From: Saprospiraceae bacterium
GTDB taxonomy: Bacteria > Bacteroidota > Bacteroidia > Chitinophagales > Saprospiraceae
DNA length: 29,252 nucleotides
Assembly (NCBI GenBank): GCA_020850025.1
Contig: JADZFI010000045.1
Span: forward strand, 1 to 29,252
Direction of reading: 5' to 3'
Shown in pieces: positions 8,927-17,748 of the stretch (position 1 is the first letter of the stretch; every line of letters begins with the position of its first letter). The translations under genes and the position numbers were made by a program. The notes beneath the pieces are model-generated. The model was not told where the DNA came from, ran no database searches, and worked only from the letters and a program-made list of their open reading frames with translations.

Positions 8927-11161
8927 ATGCAATCAATCAAATCATTATCAACCACTGTAATAGTGCTGCTTTGCTGTTTAACCGGTTTGTTGGCACAGCC
9001 CTACAGGCCCTCTGCTGCCATCAATGCCCGGGTAGAAACCCTCCTTTCCAAAATGACGCTGGAGGAGAAGATCGGGCAACTCACCCTGTACACCACCGAT
9101 TGGGGAAGCACAGGCCCCACCATACGCGAGGGTTATAAGGACGATATTCGCAAGGGCGCCTGCGGGAACCTGTTCAACAGCCACTCCACGGCTTTTGTGC
9201 GCGAATTGCAAAAGGTGGCGGTGGAAGAAACACGCCTGAAAATTCCGCTGCTGTTTGGCTTTGATGTCATTCACGGCTACAAAACCATTTTCCCCATTCC
9301 CCTGGGAGAGGCTGCCAGCTGGGATCTGGAGGCTATCGAGAAATCGGCCAGGGTAGCCTCTACCGAGGCCAGTGCGGCCGGCCTCAACTGGACCTTTGCT
9401 CCGATGGTAGACATCAGCCGCGATCCGCGCTGGGGTCGCGTCATGGAAGGCGCCGGCGAGGACCCCTACCTGGGCAGTCGCATAGCCGAGGCACGCGTGA
9501 AGGGCATTCAGGGCAAAAAATTAGGCGATCCGGATGCCATGCTGGCCTGCGTGAAACACTTTGCCGGCTATGGCGCGCCCATGGGAGGCCGCGATTATAA
9601 CACGGTGGATATGAGTGAAAAGTATTTCCGGGAATTTTATTTACCGCCCTACCAGGCCGCCATCAATGCCGGTGCCGCCACGGTAATGACCTCTTTTAAC
9701 GATTACGATGGCATTCCAGCCTCCGGAAGCAAGTTTCTGCTCGATCAGATCCTGCGGAAAGAATGGGGATTTGAAGGCTTTGTGGTAACCGATTACACCA
9801 GCATCAATGAAATGGTGATGCACGGGGTGGTGGCCAACGATAAAGAGGCCGGTGAACTGGCTTTGAACGCCGGCGTGGATATGGACATGCAGGGCGGCAT
9901 TTATCAGGCCTATTTGAAAAAATCGCTGCAAGAGGGCAAAGTGACCCAGGCGCAAATTGATGAAGCCGTGCGCCGTGTGCTACGCCTGAAATTTGAACTC
10001 GGCCTGTTTGAAGATCCCTACAAGTTTTGCAATGCCGAGCGCGAAAAAAATACCCTGCTTGCGCCCGCCCACCGCGCAGCCGCACGTGAGGTGGCACGAA
10101 AATCCATTGTCTTGTTGAAAAACGACCAGGAGGTGCTTCCATTAAAACCATCACAGAAAATTGCCTTGATTGGCCCACTGGCCGATAACAAAACGGAACT
10201 CATCGGCAACTGGAACGGCGCCGGTAATTTCAATGATTGTGTCAGTCTCAAAGAAGGATTAAGTGGTGCAAACATGCAATATGCCAAAGGCTGCGAGCTG
10301 GACGGCGCCGATCGTTCCGGATTTCAGGAGGCCCTGCGCATTGCCGGACAATCAGATATTATTGTGGTGGCAGTGGGTGAAAAAGCCAATATTAGCGGAG
10401 AGGCAACTTCCAAAACACAGATCAACCTGCCTGGCGTTCAGGAGGAACTGGTGCTGGAGCTCTGCAAAACCGGCAAACCGGTGGTGGTCGTGCTGATGAA
10501 TGGTCGCCCGGTGGTGATACCGGGCATTGCCGAAAAGGCAAATGCTATTTTGGAAACCTGGTGGCTGGGCACCGAAGCCGGCAATGCCATAGCCGATGTG
10601 TTGTGGGGAAAATATAATCCTTCCGGCAAACTCCCGATGTCGTTTCCGCGCTCGGAGGGCCAGATTCCGGTGTTTTACAATGAGAAAAGCACCGGCCGCC
10701 CCTTCGACCCCAATTCCAAGTGGACCAGCAAATACATTGACGAATCAAACAGTCCGCAATGGCCCTTTGGCTACGGCCTGAGCTATACCAGCTTTGCTTA
10801 CACTACGCCCAAAGCGAGCGTTGAAACCGCCACCACTCGCGGTATTCCATCCGGTAAACAGGTGAAAGTGTGGGTGAGTGTAACCGTAAGCAATACCGGA
10901 AAAGTAGCCGGCGAAGAAGTGGTGCAGTTATATATCCGCGACCTGGTGGGCTCTACCACCCGCCCGGTGAAGGCATTAAAAGGATTCCGCAAAATCATGC
11001 TGCAACCCGGAGAAAGTCGTGAAGTCCGTTTCGACCTTACGGCCGACGACTTGAGTTTTTACCGCAGTGATAATACATTTGGCATGGAACCCGGAGAGTT
11101 CGACATCATGGTGGGCGGCAGCTCCAATGATGTGAAATCGGTGCGTATCAGAGTGAATTGA
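8927..11161 (+). CDS. bglX: GH3 beta-glucosidase (BglX type), secreted/periplasmic
   Basis: Likely start MQSIK at 8927 (GTG at 8888 is the alternative). Motifs DVIHG, RDPRWGRVMEGAGEDPYL, CVKHFAGYG, GFVVTDY (nucleophile Asp), SGEA, PFGYGLSYT and a C-terminal Fn3-like domain GEEVVQLYIRD. Confidence 0.93.
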   Translation: MQSIKSLSTTVIVLLCCLTGLLAQPYRPSAAINARVETLLSKMTLEEKIGQLTLYTTDWGSTGPTIREGYKDDIRKGACGNLFNSHSTAFVRELQKVAVEETRLKIPLLFGFDVIHGYKTIFPIPLGEAASWDLEAIEKSARVASTEASAAGLNWTFAPMVDISRDPRWGRVMEGAGEDPYLGSRIAEARVKGIQGKKLGDPDAMLACVKHFAGYGAPMGGRDYNTVDMSEKYFREFYLPPYQAAINAGAATVMTSFNDYDGIPASGSKFLLDQILRKEWGFEGFVVTDYTSINEMVMHGVVANDKEAGELALNAGVDMDMQGGIYQAYLKKSLQEGKVTQAQIDEAVRRVLRLKFELGLFEDPYKFCNAEREKNTLLAPAHRAAAREVARKSIVLLKNDQEVLPLKPSQKIALIGPLADNKTELIGNWNGAGNFNDCVSLKEGLSGANMQYAKGCELDGADRSGFQEALRIAGQSDIIVVAVGEKANISGEATSKTQINLPGVQEELVLELCKTGKPVVVVLMNGRPVVIPGIAEKANAILETWWLGTEAGNAIADVLWGKYNPSGKLPMSFPRSEGQIPVFYNEKSTGRPFDPNSKWTSKYIDESNSPQWPFGYGLSYTSFAYTTPKASVETATTRGIPSGKQVKVWVSVTVSNTGKVAGEEVVQLYIRDLVGSTTRPVKALKGFRKIMLQPGESREVRFDLTADDLSFYRSDNTFGMEPGEFDIMVGGSSNDVKSVRIRVN

Positions 11162-11284
11162 CATTGGACTGTTAGACAATGGACGATGGACTTGGGCTCG
11201 GTAAGCTTGAAATGATTATTTACCCCGAGCCCAAGTCCATCGTCCAATATCCAACAGTCCAACGTCCAACAGTCCAACGTCTAA
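11157..11284. repeat. Inverted-arm 7/8-mer array element, TGGAC family, copy A (between bglX and susC)
   Basis: Left arm ATTGACA TTGGACTG TTAGACA ATGGACG ATGGACT; right arm AGTCCAT CGTCCAA TATCCAA CAGTCCAA CGTCCAA CAGTCCAA CGTCTAA. Perfect 22-bp stem 11180-11201/11225-11246 around the core TAAGCTTGAAATGATTATTTACC. Confidence 0.92.
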
Positions 11285-11299
11285 AATTAACCATTCAAT

Positions 11300-14230
11300 A
11301 TGAAGCACTTATACAAAAAAAACTCTTTGCTTGCCTTGTTTGTGACGTTGCTTGCTGCAACCTCGTGGGCCCAGGTCAAAGTTACCGGCCGTGTGGTGGA
11401 CGAACCCGCCGGCGATGCGGTTATCGGCGCAACGGTCCGTGAAAAAGGCGCTCCCAATGGCGCCATCACCGATTATGACGGCAACTTCAGCATCACGGTG
11501 AAAGACCTCAATGCCACGCTCGTGATCAACTACACCGGCTATCTTGCTCAGGAAGTACCGCTCAATGGCAGAAGTACTGTAGAGGTAAAACTGCTGGAAG
11601 ACGATGGTATTCTGGAAGAAGTAGTGGTGGTGGGGTATGGCATTCAGCGCAAAAGCGACCTCACCGGATCGGTGGGGTCAGTGAAGGCCAAGGAGCTGGA
11701 GCGCATTCCCACGGCATCGCTGGAACAGGCGCTTCAGGGTAAAATGGCCGGCGTATACGTATCTCCCTCCAGCGGCGAGCCAGGCGCCGGCGCTGTCATC
11801 CGTATTCGCGGTACCGGTACGTTGAACAATGCCAGTCCGCTGTTTGTGGTAGACGGGATGTTGCTCGACGACATTTCCTTCCTTAACCCACAGGACGTTG
11901 CCAGCGTGGAGGTTTTGAAAGACGCCTCTTCGACGGCTATTTACGGCAACCGTGGCGCCAACGGGGTAATCATCATTACCACCAAACGTGGTCTTACGGA
12001 TACCAAAGCATCGGTTACGCTCAATTCCTATTATGGTACCCAGCAGATTGCCAGAAAACTGCCCCTGGCCAATGCTTCCCAGTTCGCGGAGATGTACAAC
12101 GAGCTCAAGGGCAATAATTTTTATCCCGATCCGGCGGCGCTGGGAACGGGCACAGACTGGCAGGATGTCATTTTCCGCGATGCCCCCATGGCCAGTGTGC
12201 AATTGGGCGTAGGCGGTATCTGGAAGAAAATCAACTACAACGTTTCCGGAAACCTCTTCGATCAGCAAGGTATTATGGAGGAAACCGGATTCCGCCGTTA
12301 CACCGGACGCCTGAATGCAGAATATCCGGTGTTGAAAACCCTTCGGGTTGGAACCAACCTGGCTTATTCCAACAGCAAATTCAATACCGTTGGCGGCGGC
12401 GTTCTGGGAGGAATGTACCGCATGCCTCCTGTCTTTGGCGAGCGCGACAGCACCGGCAAGTTCACCGATCCAACCTTTTTCGGACAGTCGATCGGTAATC
12501 CTGCCGCTGATTTGTTTTACAAAAATGATCAGCACACACGGTCCAATCGCTGGGTAGGTACTGTTTATGCCAACTGGACCTTCCTGAAGTATTTCACCTT
12601 CCGCACCAATTATGGTTTCGACAGCCGAAAGGATTATTTTTATGGCTTTGAACCCATCTTTATGGTGTCGTCTTCCCAGTTGAACAACCTGGAGCGCACT
12701 TCCAGAGATTCGTCCAGGTTCCAAAACTGGCTCTGGGAAAACACCCTCACTTACGACCGCAGTTGGGAAGATTTTCGTTTGAATGTACTGGCCGGGCAAA
12801 CGGCGCAGGAGTTTACCTTTAAGAAGCGCCGTACCATTAATAATGTTCTTCAGCCCAATGGGGAAGAGTTTAGCGACTGGGCCATGCTCAGCTATCTGGG
12901 TCGGGTAAATGCTACCTTCTTCGACCGTTATCTGCTTACGGCTTCTTTGCGCGCGGATGGCTCCTCCCGTTTCAACAAAAACAACCGCTGGGGCTATTTC
13001 CCTTCCGTTGCGGCCGGCTGGAATATTTCGCAGGAACCCTTTATGCGCGGGTTCAAACTGTTTGACCGCCTGAAATTGCGCGCCTCCTGGGGGGTAACCG
13101 GTAACGACAAAATCCAGAACTATCCATCGCTCGGTATCATCACGCCGGAGCTGTATGGGGCATTCAATGATACCATACAATCCGGCGCCACGCTTACCAA
13201 TTACGCCAATGCCGATGTTCGCTGGGAAACTACCGAGCAAACAGATATTGGTTTGGAGTTTGGCCTGTTTAAAGGCCGCTTTACAGCAGAGATTGACTGG
13301 TTCAGGAGGTTTACGTATGATATTTTGGGCGATTTGCCCATTCCGGACGATGTGGGCTCCGGCAGCAATCCGTTTGTGAATGCAGCACAAGTAGAGAACA
13401 TAGGCTGGGACTTTACAGTGAACTGGCGCGAAGTGAAGCGCAAGTTTTCCTACAATCTGGGTATAAACGTTTCTCCCATTCAAAACAAAGTGCTCAAACT
13501 GAACGACGGAAAATCTGAAATCTTTGAGGCACGCACTGCCCAGGGCGACTTCGCCACGCGGACGGTAGTGGGGCAGCCTATTGGCGCTTTCTACGGATAT
13601 CAGGTAGCCGGTGTGTTCCAGAACCAGGAAGAAATAGACAGCTCCCCAAATTTCGGCAACGAGCAGCCGGGCGATTTTCGTTTTGCCGACCTGAATGGCG
13701 ATGGAGTGCTCTCGGCCGACGACCGTACGTACCTGGGCAGCCCGATTCCTACCCTGATCTACGGCTTTAACGCCGGATTTGAGGTCTCCGGGTTTGATGT
13801 GGCTTTTGATTTCTTCGGTGTGGAGGGCAACAAGGTGGTGAATGCCAAGGCAGTGGCCCGTTTTGATACGCCCAACTGGGAAGCCCTCTGGTACGAGAAC
13901 CGCTGGACCGGAGAAGGCGCCAGTAATTCCGTTCCGCGGGTTACCAATGGTGGACACAACTACAGAATGTCGGACTTCTTGGTGGAAGACGGCGGCTTTT
14001 TCCGTCTGCGCAGCGTGGTGCTGGGATATACCCTGCCTAAAAAATGGCTGAGTGCAGCGGGCATCAAGGCAGCCAGACTGTATGCCAGCGGCACTAATTT
14101 GTGGACCAAACAGGCATATTCAGGCTTCACGCCGGAATTCCCCAACGACAGCGTGTTCCGAGCCGGGATGGACTACCTGAACTATCCAATGGCAAGAACA
14201 GTGTTATTTGGTTTGAACGTAACCTTCTAA
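11300..14230 (+). CDS. susC: SusC/RagA family TonB-dependent outer-membrane transporter
   Basis: Signal peptide; N-terminal carboxypeptidase-regulatory-like domain; plug motifs EEVVVVGYG, DLTGSV, PLFVVDG, LKDASSTAIYGNRGANGVIIITTKRG; ends GLNVTF; immediately followed by a SusD gene. Confidence 0.96.
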   Translation: MKHLYKKNSLLALFVTLLAATSWAQVKVTGRVVDEPAGDAVIGATVREKGAPNGAITDYDGNFSITVKDLNATLVINYTGYLAQEVPLNGRSTVEVKLLEDDGILEEVVVVGYGIQRKSDLTGSVGSVKAKELERIPTASLEQALQGKMAGVYVSPSSGEPGAGAVIRIRGTGTLNNASPLFVVDGMLLDDISFLNPQDVASVEVLKDASSTAIYGNRGANGVIIITTKRGLTDTKASVTLNSYYGTQQIARKLPLANASQFAEMYNELKGNNFYPDPAALGTGTDWQDVIFRDAPMASVQLGVGGIWKKINYNVSGNLFDQQGIMEETGFRRYTGRLNAEYPVLKTLRVGTNLAYSNSKFNTVGGGVLGGMYRMPPVFGERDSTGKFTDPTFFGQSIGNPAADLFYKNDQHTRSNRWVGTVYANWTFLKYFTFRTNYGFDSRKDYFYGFEPIFMVSSSQLNNLERTSRDSSRFQNWLWENTLTYDRSWEDFRLNVLAGQTAQEFTFKKRRTINNVLQPNGEEFSDWAMLSYLGRVNATFFDRYLLTASLRADGSSRFNKNNRWGYFPSVAAGWNISQEPFMRGFKLFDRLKLRASWGVTGNDKIQNYPSLGIITPELYGAFNDTIQSGATLTNYANADVRWETTEQTDIGLEFGLFKGRFTAEIDWFRRFTYDILGDLPIPDDVGSGSNPFVNAAQVENIGWDFTVNWREVKRKFSYNLGINVSPIQNKVLKLNDGKSEIFEARTAQGDFATRTVVGQPIGAFYGYQVAGVFQNQEEIDSSPNFGNEQPGDFRFADLNGDGVLSADDRTYLGSPIPTLIYGFNAGFEVSGFDVAFDFFGVEGNKVVNAKAVARFDTPNWEALWYENRWTGEGASNSVPRVTNGGHNYRMSDFLVEDGGFFRLRSVVLGYTLPKKWLSAAGIKAARLYASGTNLWTKQAYSGFTPEFPNDSVFRAGMDYLNYPMARTVLFGLNVTF

Positions 14231-14343
14231 TTGGACGTTGGACTGTTGGACGATGGACGTTGGACTTTTGCTCGTTAAGCTTGAGATGATCATTTACCCC
14301 GCGCCCAAATCCAACGTCCATTGTCCAACTGTCCAACGTCCAT
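14231..14343. repeat. Inverted-arm 7/8-mer array element, TGGAC family, copy B (between susC and susD)
   Basis: Begins at the base after the susC TAA: TTGGACG TTGGACTG TTGGACG ATGGACG TTGGACT; core TAAGCTTGAGATGATCATTTACCCCGCGCCC; right arm AATCCAA CGTCCAT TGTCCAA CTGTCCAA CGTCCAT. Same core and orientation as copy A. Confidence 0.92.
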
Positions 14344-14371
14344 CATCTATAAATTGTAAACGATCAGGCTT

Positions 14372-15862
14372 ATGAACAAGCTTTTAAAATATCTCAGCGC
14401 AGCAGTTATGGTGCTGCTTTCCATCACCAGTTGCCAAAAAGACTTCCTGGAGCGCCGGCCGGAGGGTCGCCTCACTTTCGAGGAATTCTTTCAAATAGAG
14501 GCACATGCCATAGAGGCCACCAATGCCGTGTATGCTCAGTATCGGGAATTTGATCTGGTTGCTTTGCCTTATCTGGCTTGCACCGATATCCTGAGCGATG
14601 ATGCGGATAAAGGTTCTACCCAGAACGACGCTCCCTTGATCAGCGACCTGGATAATTTCACCCTGGATGCCACCAATCCTTATGTGGCGCCCGTGTACCG
14701 GGGCCATTACCGCGCCATTGCCAGGGCTAATCTGGCCATTGAAAACATACCGAACATTGAGATGGATGCTGCTCTGCGTGACCGGCTGGTGGGGGAGTGT
14801 AAGTTCCTCAGGGCGTATAGTTACCTGCTGCTGGTACAATGGTTTGGCGATTTGCCGCTCATCACCAGAACCCTTCAGGGCGACGAGTACTACTCCCAGA
14901 CCCGCCAGGATAAAAGTCTGATATATGATCAGATTGAGGCTGATCTCAAAGATGCCATCAATGCACTGCCCGATAAAGCCGGATATGCACAGGCAGATAA
15001 GGGTCGCGCTACCAAGGCGGCCGCACAGGGTCTGTTGGCCAAGTTGTACATGATCAAACACGATTGGGCGGCTGCGGAAACACAGTGCATGGACATCATC
15101 AACAGCACTCAGTACAGCCTGTTGACACGCTATGCCGACAATTTCCTGCCCGTGGGTGAAAACGGCGCAGAATCTATTTTTGAAATGCAGGCGGTGGCTC
15201 TGCCCACCCAGCAAGCTGCCGGGCCGGGCGCTTCTCCTTTCAATATGGTGCAGGGAGTGCGCGGTATTCCCAATTTGGGCTGGGGCTTTAACCGGCCTTC
15301 TGATAACCTGGTGTCTGCCTATGAAAATGGCGATCCAAGGCGGGAGGCCACGATCATTTATGTTGGGGAAATTCTGCCCGATGGGTCCACTCAGGTACAG
15401 GACAATCCTGAGATCATCAACGAGCGTTTCAACCAGAAAGCATGGGTGCCGGCCCACCCCGGTTTGCAGGACAATGGTCCGGGCAATATCCGGGTACTTC
15501 GTTATGCAGACATCCTGCTGTTGGCTGCCGAGGCTAAAAACGAACTCGGCAAATCCGGCGAAGCCTTGCCGCTCCTGAACCAGGTGCGCAAACGCGCCCG
15601 TGGTACCAATAACTTCATTCTGCCGGATATTACAGTAACTGACCAGGCCATGCTGCGCGAACGAATTTACCGCGAGCGCCGGGTGGAACTGGCCATGGAA
15701 CAACACCGCTGGTTTGATCTGCTGCGCTGGGGCCGGGCCGCTCAGGTGATGCAGGCAGTGGGCAAAGCCAATTTTGTGCCCGGCAAACATGAACTGCTGC
15801 CCATACCGCAAACTGAAGTGGATTTGACCAGCGGTCGAATTACGCAGAATCCGATGTACTAA
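14372..15862 (+). CDS. susD: RagB/SusD family glycan-binding lipoprotein
   Basis: Lipobox ITSC; SusD motifs IARANLAI, GECKFLRAYSYLLLVQWFGDLP, RYADILLLAAEA, ERRVELAMEQHRWFDLLRWG, QNPMY. Confidence 0.95.
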   Translation: MNKLLKYLSAAVMVLLSITSCQKDFLERRPEGRLTFEEFFQIEAHAIEATNAVYAQYREFDLVALPYLACTDILSDDADKGSTQNDAPLISDLDNFTLDATNPYVAPVYRGHYRAIARANLAIENIPNIEMDAALRDRLVGECKFLRAYSYLLLVQWFGDLPLITRTLQGDEYYSQTRQDKSLIYDQIEADLKDAINALPDKAGYAQADKGRATKAAAQGLLAKLYMIKHDWAAAETQCMDIINSTQYSLLTRYADNFLPVGENGAESIFEMQAVALPTQQAAGPGASPFNMVQGVRGIPNLGWGFNRPSDNLVSAYENGDPRREATIIYVGEILPDGSTQVQDNPEIINERFNQKAWVPAHPGLQDNGPGNIRVLRYADILLLAAEAKNELGKSGEALPLLNQVRKRARGTNNFILPDITVTDQAMLRERIYRERRVELAMEQHRWFDLLRWGRAAQVMQAVGKANFVPGKHELLPIPQTEVDLTSGRITQNPMY

Positions 15863-15922
15863 ACGGCTGACGGCCTACGGCCTACGGTTGACGGCTTACG
15901 GTTGACGGCCTACGGCTTACGG
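15860..15922 (+). repeat. Nine-unit degenerate heptamer array NNNACGG (single arm) starting in the susD stop codon
   Basis: TAAACGG CTGACGG CCTACGG CCTACGG TTGACGG CTTACGG TTGACGG CCTACGG CTTACGG, in exact 7-nt phase. Confidence 0.93.
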
Positions 15923-15984
15923 AGCCCCGGCGCTTTGATATCTACCGGGAAGGTGGTATGAGGCGCCGGGGCTTTTTGTTTTTT
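15923..15984 (+). terminator. Intrinsic terminator closing the PUL
   Basis: AGCCCCGGCGC (15923-15933) / GCGCCGGGGCT (15963-15973), an 11-bp stem with a 29-nt loop, followed by TTTTGTTTTTT. Confidence 0.8.
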
Positions 15985-16348
15985 GAGGGTAAAATGCATC
16001 CGGGAAACCCCTTATTTATGGTGAAAACGCAGGTTTTTGCTCCTTTTGTCAGATGGGCGGCATTTTGCCGATTTCGAAAATGCTCAGGCAATAATCCATG
16101 TGGCCCGAGGGTTTTACTATTGTTCCATTCATGATTACTTGCAAAAACCGACTACACACCGCTCTCCTGTTTGCGCATGATTGAAATGCTACCATTAACC
16201 TAATCCATAACCCAAGGCTGTTTTACACAGCCCGTTTTCTCCTACAGTTGAATGCCAGAAATTGCCGGGCTACTTCTCCCGGCATGGAGAGCGCTTGCGC
16301 TTTCTGAACAGACATTCTCATTTTTAACCTTCTAACTCATTTTCAATC

Positions 16349-17293
16349 ATGAACAGATCAAAATTTCAATGGCTCTTGCCGGTCTTCGCTTTGTTGACTT
16401 TTGGCATTATTTCCTGTTCAAAGGATCAGGATACCGATCAGGATAAAGCCCGACTTCAAATGGAAATTACTGATGGGCCCTGCGATGATCCCAACGTAAA
16501 AGCTGTTTATGTGACCATTGCGGAAGTCAAAGTGGACGGACAAACCTTCAGCGGGTTTACCACAAAAAAAACCATTAACCTCCTGGCATACCAGAAAGGG
16601 GAGGTAGCCGCTCTGGGGCTGGGTGAATTGGAGGCAGGCGCTTACCAAAACATTACCCTCGTGTTGGATGCCCAGACAGATGCTCAGGGGAATGCGCCTG
16701 GCTGCTATGTGGAAACCTTTGACAATGTGAAACACGCGCTTACCAGTAATGCGACTATGACCATTACTACCGCAAAAGACTTTACGCTGTCGGCCGGTTC
16801 CACCACACAACTAGTGCTTGATTTCGATTTGCGCAAGGCAGTTCAATATTCAGGCGGAAGCGCTTCGGATCAGTTTGATTTTGTGACATCCGCCAATCTC
16901 CAGACAGCTCTCCGCGCAGTGGTTAAAACGCAGTCCGGACATGTGCAGGGTACCTGCCAGAATGCCATTGTGAATACCGATAAAATTGTAGCATTCGTGT
17001 ATAAAAAAGGCACATTTAATCGCAATGTGGAGCTTTCCTCAGAAAACGGCATTGCGTTTAAAAATGCTGTGGCCAGCGCCTCAGTAGAAGCCAACGGTTC
17101 CTTTAAAGTGGCTTATCTGGAAAGCGGCGACTATGAAGTACACTTTGCAGCGTATAAAGACCTTAACAGCGACGGGAAACTGGATTTCCAGGGAACCCTC
17201 ATTCTGAACAGCCTGTTAGACCTGGAGGATTTGCAGGTGGGCGCTAATGCTGAAGTGCAGCTGAGCCTGACGGTCATAGGAATCTTGCCCTGA
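16349..17293 (+). CDS. DUF4382-domain lipoprotein
   Basis: Lipobox IISC; DUF4382-type motifs ITDGPCDD..VKAVYVTI.EV.VD, INLL, LEAG.Y..I.L.L and LVLDFDL.KAV. Confidence 0.8.
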   Translation: MNRSKFQWLLPVFALLTFGIISCSKDQDTDQDKARLQMEITDGPCDDPNVKAVYVTIAEVKVDGQTFSGFTTKKTINLLAYQKGEVAALGLGELEAGAYQNITLVLDAQTDAQGNAPGCYVETFDNVKHALTSNATMTITTAKDFTLSAGSTTQLVLDFDLRKAVQYSGGSASDQFDFVTSANLQTALRAVVKTQSGHVQGTCQNAIVNTDKIVAFVYKKGTFNRNVELSSENGIAFKNAVASASVEANGSFKVAYLESGDYEVHFAAYKDLNSDGKLDFQGTLILNSLLDLEDLQVGANAEVQLSLTVIGILP

Positions 17294-17340
17294 TTTTTCC
17301 TGCCTTAATGTTCGCAGTTTACTGTAAGTGGTTTAAAAAC

Positions 17341-17376
17341 AAGCCATCCCGGTGTCCATCGGGGTGGCTTTGTTTT
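17341..17376 (+). terminator. Intrinsic terminator after the DUF4382 gene
   Basis: AAGCCATCCCG-GTGTCCAT-CGGGGTGGCTT (one G-U pair) followed by TGTTTT. Confidence 0.7.
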
Positions 17377-17671
17377 GTGTAGGAAGCATTTGTTGTGAAT
17401 ACGGTGTGGTCGTTCAGCGACAAAATCAGTACGTTGGTCTATGCCGAACATTTTCATGCAGCCTTCCTGTAACATGCAGCTCTTTGCCAGAGTCTGATTT
17501 GGCAGAGTTGAATTTTGATGGGGTTCAGAGGTGCAGCAGCAGAAGGCTTTTCCGTTCATCCTGAAAAAATGGCCTTTCATACATGAGAACTGGGTATTGG
17601 TAGGTTCTATGTTTTGCAAGTTACCGAAAGACTTCATCTTTGTATCGAAAACAAAAACACCCCTGCTATTT

Positions 17672-17714
17672 CTGGACATTGGACGTTGGATTTTTAGACG
17701 TTGGACATTGACGG
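17672..17714 (+). repeat. Orphan TGGAC-family array arm upstream of the TonB-dependent receptor gene
   Basis: CTGGACA TTGGACG TTGGATTT TTAGACG TTGGACA TTGACGG; no complementary arm seen nearby. Confidence 0.8.
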
Positions 17715-17748
17715 AGATTCGCGTTCGGCAGGGACAACTAATTAAGCT

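Larger units (their letters stand above)
3..15984 (+). other. Polysaccharide utilisation locus, predicted for beta-1,2-glucan (regulator, 2x GH144-like, multi-CBM-like protein, GH3, SusC, SusD)
   Basis: Seven co-oriented genes with short intergenic gaps, ending in a strong terminator at 15923-15984. GH144 + GH3 + SusCD is the established combination for beta-1,2-glucan use. The substrate is inferred. Confidence 0.8.

Noticed and set aside
11179-11442. Short ORFs crossing the TGGAC elements (11179-11442, 11059-11277, 14101-14289, 14127-14336)
   Set aside because: Low-complexity translations of repeat units that overlap real genes.
11678-13957. 759-aa antisense ORF
   Set aside because: Lies wholly opposite the well-supported susC, with no recognisable motifs or plausible start context; a shadow of codon bias.
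14384-15811. 475-aa antisense ORF
   Set aside because: Shadow of susD; no domain signal.
17305-17679. 124-aa minus-strand ORF in the DUF4382-receptor gap
   Set aside because: No motif, overlaps a terminator and the likely promoter region; insufficient support.
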